A stretch of DNA of 64,000 nt from Octopus vulgaris. Taxonomy: Eukaryota. The position numbers and the translations under genes were made by a program. Of the stretch, positions 13,847 through 25,994 are shown piece by piece (position 1 is the first letter of the stretch; each line of letters begins with the position of its first letter). The stretch is taken from assembly GCA_951406725.2 (NCBI GenBank), contig OX597824.1, positions 95,170,001 through 95,234,000 of the forward strand, given 5' to 3'. The notes under the pieces were generated by a model. It had not been told where the DNA came from. It searched no databases and saw nothing but the letters and a program-made list of their open reading frames with translations.

Positions 13847-14170
13847 TGTTGAGCATTCACCACAAAATTACTTCCCTTGACGGTTGCGTCTATAATTCTT
13901 TCAACCAAAAGAACATAATGCTACTCGCAAAAACACGATCTGAAACGAGCTACATGCAGGCAAACGAGTCTGCCGTACATTCTAATGTCTGTTTTTTTTT
14001 CTCTACCCACTTTTCATGAAAAGTAGTTTTAAAGAAAAACGATGTCAATGGAACAAAGTGTAAAATGAAGGTAAAGGGGGAAGTAGTAGACTGCCATCTA
14101 CAGGAAGGAAAAAACAGTAAGATAGCCAAGGGGAGATAAGAGGCGTTAGAACCAAATGACTAAGCGACTA
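13847..14170 (-). promoter_or_regulatory. Probable promoter/5' UTR of the left-hand gene
   Basis: CpG-retaining, repeat-free sequence directly upstream of the ATG; TSS not defined. Confidence 0.4.
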
Positions 14171-15526
14171 AATTTGATTAAAAATTATTTTTCGACATTA
14201 ATTAGTAATTATCATTCCATCCATGATTCAGCTTCCATGTTTAAAATGAATCATAGCATTCTGATTTTTAATTGTTATTTCATATATGCTTAGAGAAGGA
14301 GCATTTCTTATTTTACTTATAAGCTTTAAAATTTCTGTTCTATATAAATAAATTTATTTATCACTTAACATAAATATGCAAAATTTTATTTGCTTCTGTG
14401 TTTAGCCATGTGCAACGAAAAGAATAAAAGACATCGTTTAATGAGAAGAGAAAATGATACTAAAAAACAAACAAACACTCTTATGGTGTGTTTATAAATA
14501 CAGATACGTTTCTACACTAACTTGATAAGCGAAATAAAAAAAATACGTAACGATCTGAAATTCGTCAGAATTAAAGCGAATAAAATATTTCTGTGCGTGC
14601 TTAACCGTTATTAAGAACATTAAATTCTTTACATAAAGACATTTTGTCCAGATTTAATTCATAAATATTTTCTGTATCAGATATCCATTACGACGAGAAG
14701 TCGTTGATGAAGACTAAATAAGATTAAACAAAGTAATAGGCTTTGTTTTACAAATAAAACAAATATATTACACGAGCAAATCGCCAGATAATTATTCTGC
14801 AAAAAACTTGTCAGAAATGAAGAATTTTTGGCGAAGATTTTGAAGCAGAGGTCGAAAACGAGGCTACAGAAGTCTCCAACCCAAAATAATTTCAGGAAAA
14901 TTCAATCAGCTTTGAATATTGAAGAATACAAAGTCTTTAATTGTGTGTTGTTCTGTACTTAGGAATGGATCAGAAATGAAATATGTTTTTAAGGACGGGG
15001 TTAAAAAAAAAAAATTCATTTACTATTTCTGTTATATGAAAACGAAAAATTTGAAACCTATCATTCTTTATTAACACCTGTTATCTTTTTTCATTGTTCA
15101 TTTTATGCCAGAATTTAAATAAATTTCAAACATAATGCTTTGAATGGACTTTTTGAATTGGTTTGTCGTTTCATGATAAAATTCATGCTTACTTATGTCC
15201 TCCAGTCCCTACAGAAGCACTTATGAGAATAATTTTTCCTGAAACCAATAAGTTTGAGTTTTCTTTTATTGATATCATCATCACCATCACCACCACCACT
15301 ATCACTATCACCATCACCATCATCATCGTTTAACGTCTCTTTTTTCTATGCTGGCATGGGTTGGACGGTTTGACATGGAGCTGGCCAGACTCCAGTTGTC
15401 TGTTTTGGCATGGTTTCTACAGCTAGATGCCCTTCCTAACGCCAACAACGTAATGTAGTATGGTGGGTGTGTGGCATGGGTGCGTTTACACGTCACCGAC
15501 ATGGGTGCTTTTTAAGTGGCACCAGC

Positions 15527-15581
<55 letters not shown>

Positions 15582-16814
15582 TCACTCTTTTACTTGTTTC
15601 AGTTATTTGACTGTGGCCATGCTGGAGCACCGCCTTTAGTCAAGCAAATCGACCCCAGGACTTATTCTTTGCAAGCCTAGTACTTATTCTATTGGTCTCT
15701 TTTGCTGAACTACTAAGTTATGGGGACGTAAACACACCAGCATTGGTTGTCAAGCGATGTTGGAGGGACAAACACAGACACACACACATATATATACATA
15801 TATACGACAGGCTTCTTTTAGTTTCCGTCTACCAAATCCACTCAGAAGACACTTGCCCAAGGTGCCACGCAGTGGGACCGAACCCGGAACCATGTGGTTC
15901 ATAAGCAAGCTACTTACCACACGGCCACTCCGGCGCCTGTATATTGCCTGAGGTTGTAGTTGAAGACACCTATCCAAGATGCCACAGAGTGGGACTGAAC
16001 CCGGAACCATGTCGTTAAGAAGCAAACTTCTTACCACACAACCACACCTGTTGTTTTTCCTTTGTTTGTTTGTTTTTTTTTCACATTGTATTTTTTGCCT
16101 ATCTGCAGAATGTTCTTTGACAAATTTGCTTTGACCAGTCAACCATTTCTGAATTATTTCAGAAATAGCAGTCATGCTAGTACAGCCATATAAATCAAAT
16201 GGGCTATTCAAAGTTGCCACAGGAACTTCTGCCTTCATGCCTTCAGTTCCAGGAATGTTAAGTGCACAAAAGAGCCCTTATAAAGACCTGCTTGAAAATG
16301 ATTTAAGAAAGAAAATCATGAGAATCAAGAGAAAGCCTTCAATAATGCTTGATATCTCATTAAAAAAAAAAAAAGTGGAAATGGAAAGAAATTCCTCTTG
16401 AATTACTGGTACCTAAGCATTAGAGATGTGTGAGGGAAAACAGATTAAGACCATTCTCCACCTAAAAGATTCAGGAATAAACCTAAGAGACCCTGTTTCT
16501 GTGGGACAAATTGTAAATGAAAAGATTAAGTACCGAAAAGTTTAGATTCGTTCATTTGTTGGTATTACCGTCTGCAGTGGGTACCAGATTCTGACTGAAT
16601 TCATTGAACTATACAATCAGAGGAATGTGGCTTTTTTCTAACAAATAGATGATTGTACTATCCATGTTGGAATGGTATTAATTGTTAAGCTATTGATGAA
16701 GTATTAAAGAATGTGGCTCCTCCAGTAATATACAGCAACATATATGGCTTATATATATATCCAGGAATTTTTAATGTAATTCATACTAATTGTGTATGCA
16801 TCTGTATACTGTGG

Positions 16815-17244
16815 GTTCCTAATCATGAAATTTCAGAAAAAAGTTCTCATGAATTAAATGTGTACAGAAAGACCATTCTAAGTTGAAAGACATGAAATCC
16901 TGACCAAAGGTCTGCAAGAATCCAGAAAATACTTTCTAAATTTTATTGTGTCTGGACAGAGTCATTCTCTTTTAGTGCCTTATTTTTCAACACACTCACT
17001 GGTTTGATTTCCACTCACTTATTTCTTTTTGCTAAAATTTTCAAGTAAATGAATGGAAATCAAACCAGTGAGTGTTAAATAATAAGGCACAAAAAGAGAA
17101 TGACTCTCCCCAGACACAATAAAAGTATTTTCTGGATTCTTGCACAGACATTTGGTCAGGATTTCATCTCTTTCAACTTAGAATGGTCTTTCTGTACACA
17201 TTTAATTCATGAGAACTTTTTTCTGAAATTTCACGATTAGGAAC
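16815..17244. repeat. Long fold-back palindrome (arms about 200 bp)
   Basis: gttcctaatcatgaaatttcagaaaaaagttctcatg... is the reverse complement of ...catgagaacttttttctgaaatttcacgattaggaac. Confidence 0.9.
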
Positions 17245-18107
17245 TTGCGCTGCAGGGTCTCGGAGGAGATAGTGTTAGTTGAAGGCTACCAAACCTGCTA
17301 TACAGAGACAACTTCAGCTTTATATAAAGAGAGGGATTAAATATAAATGGAACCTGAGTCAAAAACAGTGAAAGGGAAAATGACTGGAACGAAACAGATA
17401 ATTCTTGACATTCACCACCACAAAAAAAAGAAAAAATTAACATAGCTCAGTCAGCAGACTGTGTTAATTCTTGAAGGTTGTGGCTTTATGTCCCTCTTCT
17501 GGAACATCCTTTGCTTATAAGAACAGGCATGAATGTATACTTAAGAAGCTTACTTTCACCCATGTGGTTTCAGGTTCAGTCCCATGGACAAGTGTCTTCT
17601 ACAATAGCTCCAGGCTGACCAATTCCTTGTGATTGAATCTGCTGGAAACAGTGTGGAAGCAGGTTCCCTACATTCAGAGCCCTTATCTCACTACTACATA
17701 GCATTGCTGCTTGGGTACAAGCATCTTACAATCTGTCCTTCACTCTGAGAGAGAGACATTTTGTTTCCAACAGAGATAATAACACTCTGAACTTTCTCCA
17801 TCCTGTTCTTATTCTAGAAACTATATCTTCAGAACATCCTCTTCCACTACTAATTAGGTCACCCAAGTAACAGAAACCATCTACTACCTCTAGGGAACTT
17901 CCTGGGCATTCAAGAAAATCTAGTTCCTATGTGTTCTTAGTATACATTGCTCCTACATCTCTGCCACATACAAAATCTATTTTCTCTGTTAACCTTCCTT
18001 GATTCCATTGCGTTTCTTGTTTGTTCATTGCTTGCACTGAGTGCCCTGAATGGAATTTCTATCTAGATCATTTCTAGGTATCAAGCAGAACTTTTTTCAC
18101 ATATATA

Positions 18108-18990
18108 TACAGGGTGTGGTGAATAAACTGTCGTCTAAATTACACAAAAATGAAAATAATACTGACATCTCATTTTAACAGATATATTTACCAAAATTAC
18201 ACAAAAATATCTTGAAATTCCAAAGAATAAATTTATTCAATAAAATCACCATTGGCTTCAATGGCCTCCAGATGACTTCAGAATCTCCTGCAACTCTTCT
18301 GGATGGTTTCCTTGTTTCAGTTGGTGAATGCTACCATAATCCTTGCCTTCAGTTCATCTTTGGTGTTACAAGGAGTTTTGTTGGTCTCTTGCTCAATTGT
18401 GCCCCACACATAATAATCAAGGGTGTTGCAGTCTGTGGAGTTAGGTGGCCAGATGTTAGGGGTGATGTGGTCACAGAAATTGTCTGACAGCCATGACTGG
18501 GTTCTTCTGCTTGTGTGGCATGGTGCAGAGTTCTGTTGCCATACATAAAGCCTTCCAGCAGCCAGCCTCTTGACCCAGGGCAGCACTACCTCCTCCAGGT
18601 ACTTGATGTAGGCCACCGTGTTGAGTGTGAGGCCATGTGGGAAGATGAATGGAGGCATATCATTGCCATCACTAGTGATCACTGCAAACACCATGATGTT
18701 GACTGGATGTTTGATTCTTATCACTCTCAGTACGTGTTCTCAGATTACACTGTCCTCAGATTGACACCCACACACTCTGAAGTGTTCATATTGGAACTTT
18801 TGGCATGAATGCCAAGCAGTACAGCATATTGTTTCCAAATTCCTGGCAGAGTGAATTGTGTCATGATGCTGTTGTTTTTCTCACAGCCAATGCCCAACTT
18901 GACCCTACTATACTGAGTAGTTGACAAAAATCAAAAACAAACAATGCACATTCGCAAAATAAAAAATATAAAATGGCAACAATTTACAGA
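18108..18990 (-). mobile_element. Tc1/mariner-superfamily transposon remnant
   Basis: ta-cagggtg terminus; WQQNSAPCHTS..WPPNSTDCNTLDYYVWG DDE-region motifs; related fragment at 32250-32460. Confidence 0.85.
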
Positions 18991-19994
18991 TTCTTGACCA
19001 GATTTCTTGAGCAATGAAACCATGAAACAGTTGTGGTAATTGGTTTGTGTGAGGGTGGTCTAGTTGTATTTTAAGTTTTGCTTTGTATAAGTCAATTACA
19101 TTGACCCCAGCACTCAACTGGTACTTATTCTATCAACTCCAAAAGGATAAAAGGCAAAGCTGACCTTGACGGCATTTGATCTTCGCTACTAAAAGATATT
19201 CCTTTAATAATGGTTTCAAACCATGGCACATGTAAAGCAATTTTGAGGGTTGGGGTGGGGTGGAGGTGTAAGTCAAATACATTGACCCCAGCACACAACT
19301 GGTACTTAATTTATCAACCTCGAAAGGATGAAAGGCAAAGTTGACCTCAGTAGCATTTTAACTCAGAGGGCAAATCAAATTCTGCTGAGCAATTTGTCTG
19401 ACATCCTAACAGTTCTGCAACCTTGCTGTCTTATTGTTTTGCTCACGATCACAATGTATTGCATGGTCCAGGAATTGAAACCATGCTGTTGCAATTGTGA
19501 GTACAACACTCTAACCACCAGGTCATACACCTTTGCAAAGCATGTTAATACTACATGATTAGCCCCACCCCAATGTATAGGTTTGTAATTACAAATAACA
19601 CTCAATACACGAAGTAGAGCTTATATATATATAAGGAGTGGCTGTGTGGTAAGTAGCTTACTTACCAACCACATGGTTCTGGGTTCAGTTCTACTGCACG
19701 GCACCCTGGGCAAAGTGTCTTCTACTATAGCCTCAGGCCAACCAAAACCTTGTGAGTGGATTTGGTAGATGGAAACTGAAAAAAGCCCGTCGTGTATGTG
19801 TGTGTGTGTGTCTCCCCACCATTGCTTGACAACCGATACTGGTGTGCTTATATCACCGTAACTTAGCAAGTCGGCAAAAAGAGACTGATAAAATAAGTAC
19901 TAGGCTTACAAAAAATAAGTCCTGGGGCTGATTTGTTCAACTAAAGGCAGTGCTTCAGCATGGCCATAGCCAAATGACTGAAACAAATAAAAGA

Positions 19995-20041
<47 letters not shown>

Positions 20042-20500
20042 TGTATATGTTTTTTTAATATAATTCGAAGCCAAAATTTAAAATTCTATGTAATAATAAT
20101 AATAAAATTTATATATAAAATACACATATAGAGATATCACAGATTTTCAATAACTGTAGACACAATAATTGCAATCTTTATAACAGATGTATGTTAAAAA
20201 CAATATCATAGGAAAACAAAAGAGCACCTCAGCAGCGACCAGCAAAAATGCTTGGTGCATTTTAGCCTTTTCGGGTCTTTAATGATGTGTACTCATAACC
20301 AGCTACATGTTTAGACAAAAATTCATCACCCCCAATATACAAAATACTATATATAAGTTTTATGGAGATGTACTTGCATAGCAAGTGACCTGATCTGAGA
20401 TCATGTGCTGGAACGAAAACTATTGCAGCGTGGAAGGTGTTTATAAGCCATTTAAGAAACACACAAAAACCGTTAGATTCACTTCAACAATTAAATTAAA

Positions 20501-20551
20501 TTTGTCAAAATATTTTCGACGCTTTGAGACCGCGACCTGTTCACTGACAAA
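20501..20551 (-). ncRNA. Hammerhead motif, G3-C8 core variant
   Basis: UUUGUCA-GUGAACA-GGUCGC(ggucucaaa)GCGUC-GAA-AAUAUU-U-UGACAAA. Confidence 0.55.
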
Positions 20552-20680
20552 ATTCTGTGCTGCACCTGAGCATCTGGTTTATATCTATGTTAATTTTAGT
20601 GAAATTTAATCTCATTTTCATAAGGGCAACTATGTTGTAATATTTGAGTTAGCTTTACTGATTAAACTGATTAAATTATC

Positions 20681-20897
20681 ATTAACCCATTCATTACCAT
20701 ATTTATTTTGAGATGATCTGTGTTTCTTTCAATTAATTTTAAATATAACTAAGAATTTAGTAAAATAACTTAGTTATCATTAAGCTAATGTTAGAACATA
20801 AATTGTGACTAAGATTTTAATTCAAAACTTATGAAAATAAGACATTTGTACTCAGAGCCAGAGCCGGTTTCAGCTGGGTTGGTAACGAAAGGGTTAA
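20681..20897. mobile_element. TTAA-flanked MITE (piggyBac-like ends); further copies at 33317-33544 and 33687-33907
   Basis: ttaaccc(tt)...aagggttaa termini and a shared body of about 220 bp. Confidence 0.75.
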
Positions 20898-21439
20898 ATA
20901 TACTCTAGATATAATAATTATTTAACATAACACAGGAAATACTAATTCTCCAAACAAATAAATTTCTAGCCTTGCTTTAAAATAATTTTTGTGGTTATAA
21001 TCCCTTGAGGGAACATGCAGGTCTAACAACTTAGACCTGCAAATTCTCTCATGGGATTATAACTTGAGGGTTGTTATTTCAATCCAGTTGAATCACATTC
21101 AGTTTCAGGAAGAAGTTACAACCATATGTTTTTCTCACTGAGATTATATATCACCAGAGTAATTAGGGTAATGGAGATTTGGTAATTAGGTTGAGGATAT
21201 TTATATAGATCACAGTGCGTATAAAATATATAATTCTATAAAAGAATTTATCTCTAAATATAGCCAGCATTATAACTGAATAATATAAATGGTTCATGAG
21301 ATCCATCACAGCTTGGAAGATATATAAATTTGTAAAAGAATGAAGATACTTTTACTAAAATACTGAAAGAGTATACTGATTTATGTTGTATAGCTACATG
21401 TTTTAATTTTTTTAGTGATGTTGATATGTTTACAAAGTC

Positions 21440-21755
21440 AGAAAACAGCACAGCTCCTTCCATGACTTTCGGAAACATTTTTTCACGCTAAGAGTTGCTG
21501 AAGCATGGAACAAACTGCCGGCATCAGTTGTTAGTTGTCGGAGCACTGCATCCTTCAAAACTTCCATGCTTCCTGAGATTCGCCAATACTACACCTGATT
21601 TTTCTCCCCTCCAAACACACTCAAGCATGTATCTCACTCATACACTGCTCACTTTCCAAACATTTGTACATTACTGCATATGCTTTATACGCACTTTTGA
21701 CAAGTTGTGGTGCACCTGAGCACTGCATACAATAATTTCATTATCATTATAATTG
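21440..21755 (+). mobile_element. CR1-like LINE 3' end
   Basis: HDFRKHFFTLRVAEAWNKLPASVV, then 3' UTR and a (att)-type tail. Confidence 0.7.
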
Positions 21756-22489
21756 CAAATAGGGTCATATTGCTAGCAATTTTATCAGCAAAAAAACAAT
21801 GAAAAATGAACAAACAAAAAAAATCCACCTCCCTTTCAGAATTGCAAGTTAGTGAAGCATGATTCAAATTTACCTGTGTGCTGTTGCATCTAGTGGTTAA
21901 CCAGTCCACCCGATGGTCCCTACATACAAGCCATAAGAATTAGATCACTGAAAGTGAAGAGTCTTGGCTATGAGCATATGTATAGCATTTGTAACCCTTT
22001 AGCTCAGTGGTTCTTAACTATTTTTTTTATCTCAAGACACCTTTGATTACCATTTTATTCTGGTGGACCCCAAAAGCCTTCCGATGTTTGAAAATCTAGT
22101 TTTGTAGATCTTTCTTTCAAAATTCCTATTTTCCCTATCAAACATTCCCTTTTGTAGGATGAATCATGTAAAGTACTACTTAACTGTTTTTTGCAATAAA
22201 TACAACTGAAGCAAAATCTTTTTCACAGACCCAATATGCTATTTGGCTTAGGGACCCTAGCTGAGAACTACTGCAGCTGGTTGTCCAATACTTTATTTAC
22301 TCATCCATCTGCAGTTACTCTCCATATAGATAAAATAACATGAAAACAAAGCAAAGAGTTTGATTCACCCATCGTACACTGGTACAAAAAAGAAACCACC
22401 TCAGAAATACGCACAGTAACAGCACAGGCAGCAGTGGTTAACAAGAGGTTAGTAAACTCAAATTCGTAAAGAAAATTTTAGAAGTTGTT

Positions 22490-22665
22490 TTAGACTTTAG
22501 TAGGATCAATATCTTCTAGGTTATGTGAATATTTAGAGTTCCAGTCTCTTTGAAAGACTGCTTCCAGTTGATGGTGGAAATTATGTTTTTGTGCTTTTGT
22601 TGATCTGACAACCAATCCGAGGCCCACAGCAGGTGTAAAGTAATCCCCACTCCAACTAGATGTCC
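22490..22665 (-). CDS. PLD3: PLD3-like B terminal exon
   Basis: GTSSWSGDYFTPAVGLG...VFQRDWNSKYSHNLEDIDPTKV*; TAA at 22490-22492. Confidence 0.92.
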
Positions 22666-24893
22666 CTGAAACAAGATAAAGATTTATAATTAATTATTTT
22701 TATGTAAACAGTAAATGGAATGTTTGCTGAAGCACATACCTATTTCTTTACTTACCCACAAGGGGCTAAACACAGAGGGGACAAACAAGGACAGACAAAC
22801 GGATTAAGTCGATTACATCGACCCCAGTGCATAACTGGTACTTAATTTATCTACCTCGAAAGGGTGAAAGACAAAGTCGACCTTGGCGGAATTTGAACTC
22901 AGAATGTAACGGCAACATCTTGGATGGATGATAATACATATGTATACACATAAATGTATACACACACATACACATATACATATACATGCATACACATACA
23001 CACACATTTATACATACATGTAGATATATAACTATTGTTGAGATTACGGCTGTATGTAGATTACCATAAACCAGTCTGCTTTCTGTATCGTGCTGGCTTG
23101 TGATATGCAGAGCAAATGTGGGAGAGAAATTATGCTAAACACAAGTGTATATAATGTGTTCCCTGCATACATTTCACCAGTCACAATGGTGAAACATATA
23201 TAAGGAGCAAATGATACAAACTTTTGCTTATATCATTTGTTGTCGAGTACCACTGCTTGACGTCTGGCGTGTGTTGATTTGCTCAGCTAAAACCTTCTCG
23301 GTGGTGCCCCAGTCCAATGTTTGAAACAAGTAAAAGACAAAACTGAAAGATAAAAGTTTGAAAAGATATCTTACCAATAAAGGCATCAGTGTCTGTGACC
23401 ATGAATTTGTTATGGTTAATACACAAAGAAGGAATCTCTTTTTGCTCCTTGGTAAAATATGGTACTTCCAACATTTTCTATAATTTAGAATCAAAGTAAT
23501 AATTATGTTACAATAATGAATACAGCAGTTTGTCTGAGATTTTTAATAAAAGACTAGCACTATGACCTGGTGTTGCCAGGTCATAGTGCTAGTGCATGCA
23601 TATACAGCTGCGTGTGTGCACACATACATGCAAGTACTGTCCAAATCTCCAAGCAATCACATACAGCTAGCTGGCATTCAATTGGCGTATCAAGTTTCGG
23701 GCATTTTGATTGAGTTTTGGATAGAAAATTCACAAAAAAGACACTTCTATTGATTTTTAATGGCTTTGCAAGGTGACTGGGGAAATGTAAAGATGTGCAT
23801 GACCACCTTTGGATGGTTTTGAATGACCATAGAAAGTGCGAGCCCTCTAACTGAAAAATTGTAGATTTGTATAAAGGACACACACACAGACAGACATTTT
23901 GCCGTTTATATATAGAGAGATTATCTATTTTCATTATAAACAAAAAATGTCATTACAATGAACAACGAACACTGAGACAGTTTGAAGCTTATTGTTCTAG
24001 GACCAGGTATGACAGTAGCCACTGTTGTGAGTTTCTTGATGTTAACTGATCATTGTCTGTTGCTGTTGTTACCGTCCATTGTTTTTGTGTTGTTACAGTG
24101 TTCTGGTCCGCTGCTGGTTGTGCTACTGTCTGCCATCTGTCCATAGTGGCTAAAATGCGCTGAATATTTGTTTTTTACTAACCCCAAGGGGCTGAACATA
24201 GAGGGGACAAACAAAGACAGACAAACGAATAAAGTTGATTACATCGACTCCAGTGCGTAACTGGTACTTCATTTATCAACCCCGAAAGGATGAAAAGCAA
24301 AGTTGACCTTGGCGGAATTTGAACTCAGAACGTAACGGCAGACGGAATACGGCTACGTATTTCACCCGGCGTGCTAACGTTTCTGCCAACTCGCCACCCT
24401 TAAAATGCGCTGAATATATATTGGTGGTCTTACTCAAAAAAAGTGTGCCAAAGATGCAATTGTTAGATTCCACACAAAGTCTTGAGTGGTCAGATTTTTT
24501 TTGATGACATAGGTAATATTCTAGCAAATTGTAATCATATTCTTGGATTGGTTTTTTGTTTTTTTTGCCTTGGATATAGTGATCCAAGCTTTATTGCTAA
24601 ATATTCCTGCAAGATTTATGAAATTAACTTATTTATATTTTAATATTTCTCTTATCTCGGTCTTTATAACATGAAAATTGGTGAGGTGTTTAAATAACTA
24701 AAAACATCAGTTAAATGAAGAAGGACATCAACGTCATCATTTAATCTATATGTTCCATGCTGGCCAAAGGACTGCATTGGGCCCCAGGATCAACTTTGGC
24801 AGAGTTTCTAAAATCAACCGTTTGCATTATATACCAGGCAGCTTCTTATTTTGTGCCACTACCATTAACGGTACTTAATACTCTGTGTGTGTT

Positions 24894-24944
<51 letters not shown>

Positions 24945-25946
24945 TATTAAAACATTATTTAAGGCAGTATTGAGTCAGCAACGCCAACTAAAAATTGCCA
25001 AAATATCCCAGACCCTAACTGGGAGATTTTATTTATTTATTTATGTGCCCTTTTCAAGCCTAGCCAGGCTCATGGGCCCGGTTTCCCGGTTTCTATGGCG
25101 TATGTGTTCCCCCCAGCTGGATGGGATGCCAGTCCATCGCAGCGTTACACAACAAACAGGAAGAAAGAGTGAGAGAAAGTTGGGGCGAAAGAGTACAACA
25201 GGGGTCGCTGCCACCCCCTGCTGGAGCCTCGTGGAACTTTAGGTGTTTTCACGCAATAAACACACACAACGCCTGGTCTTGGAATCGAAACTGTGATCCT
25301 CCGACCGCAAGTCCACTACCCTAACCACTGGGCCATTGCACCTCCAATCGGGAGATTACTTCAATATTAATAGACAGGTGTTGTTTCTAGTCTTGTCCAG
25401 ATCTCCTATCGTTATTTCATCCAATTCCAGACAATATTTTCATTTGACTGATGTTAAAAAGACTCATTAATTTATTGTTTAACACACACACACACAGTAA
25501 CATTATTTTATGTATCAAAATATTTCGTGTGTTGACATTAATTAGGAATTTGAGTTAGAGAAAGAATTCTTGTTTTTCAGAAAATGAATCGCTTACCACT
25601 TGCATTTTAGCCTTTGAGGCGCTGTTTAAGTTAGCCAAAGATTTGAGGAAGTTGAACATACTGGCTTTGTTGTGCTTCCAATGGCTACCAAGTAGAAAAA
25701 CTTCAATGCCTTTGGTGAATGATACATTTCTAAGAGCTCTGTCAATAATTGGCCAAAACCTATAAATACAATTATTAATTTCACAGAATTATTATCAATA
25801 ATATTATCATTGGAATAAAGAAAGAAATCTGTATAAACCATAATATTTATCAACATTTATATCTAATTCATATTCTATTCACCACATGCCTTGAGGGGCC
25901 ACATGTACTGTAAACTCCATGGTTTTATGTTTATATTAATCTTTAT

Positions 25947-25994
<48 letters not shown>

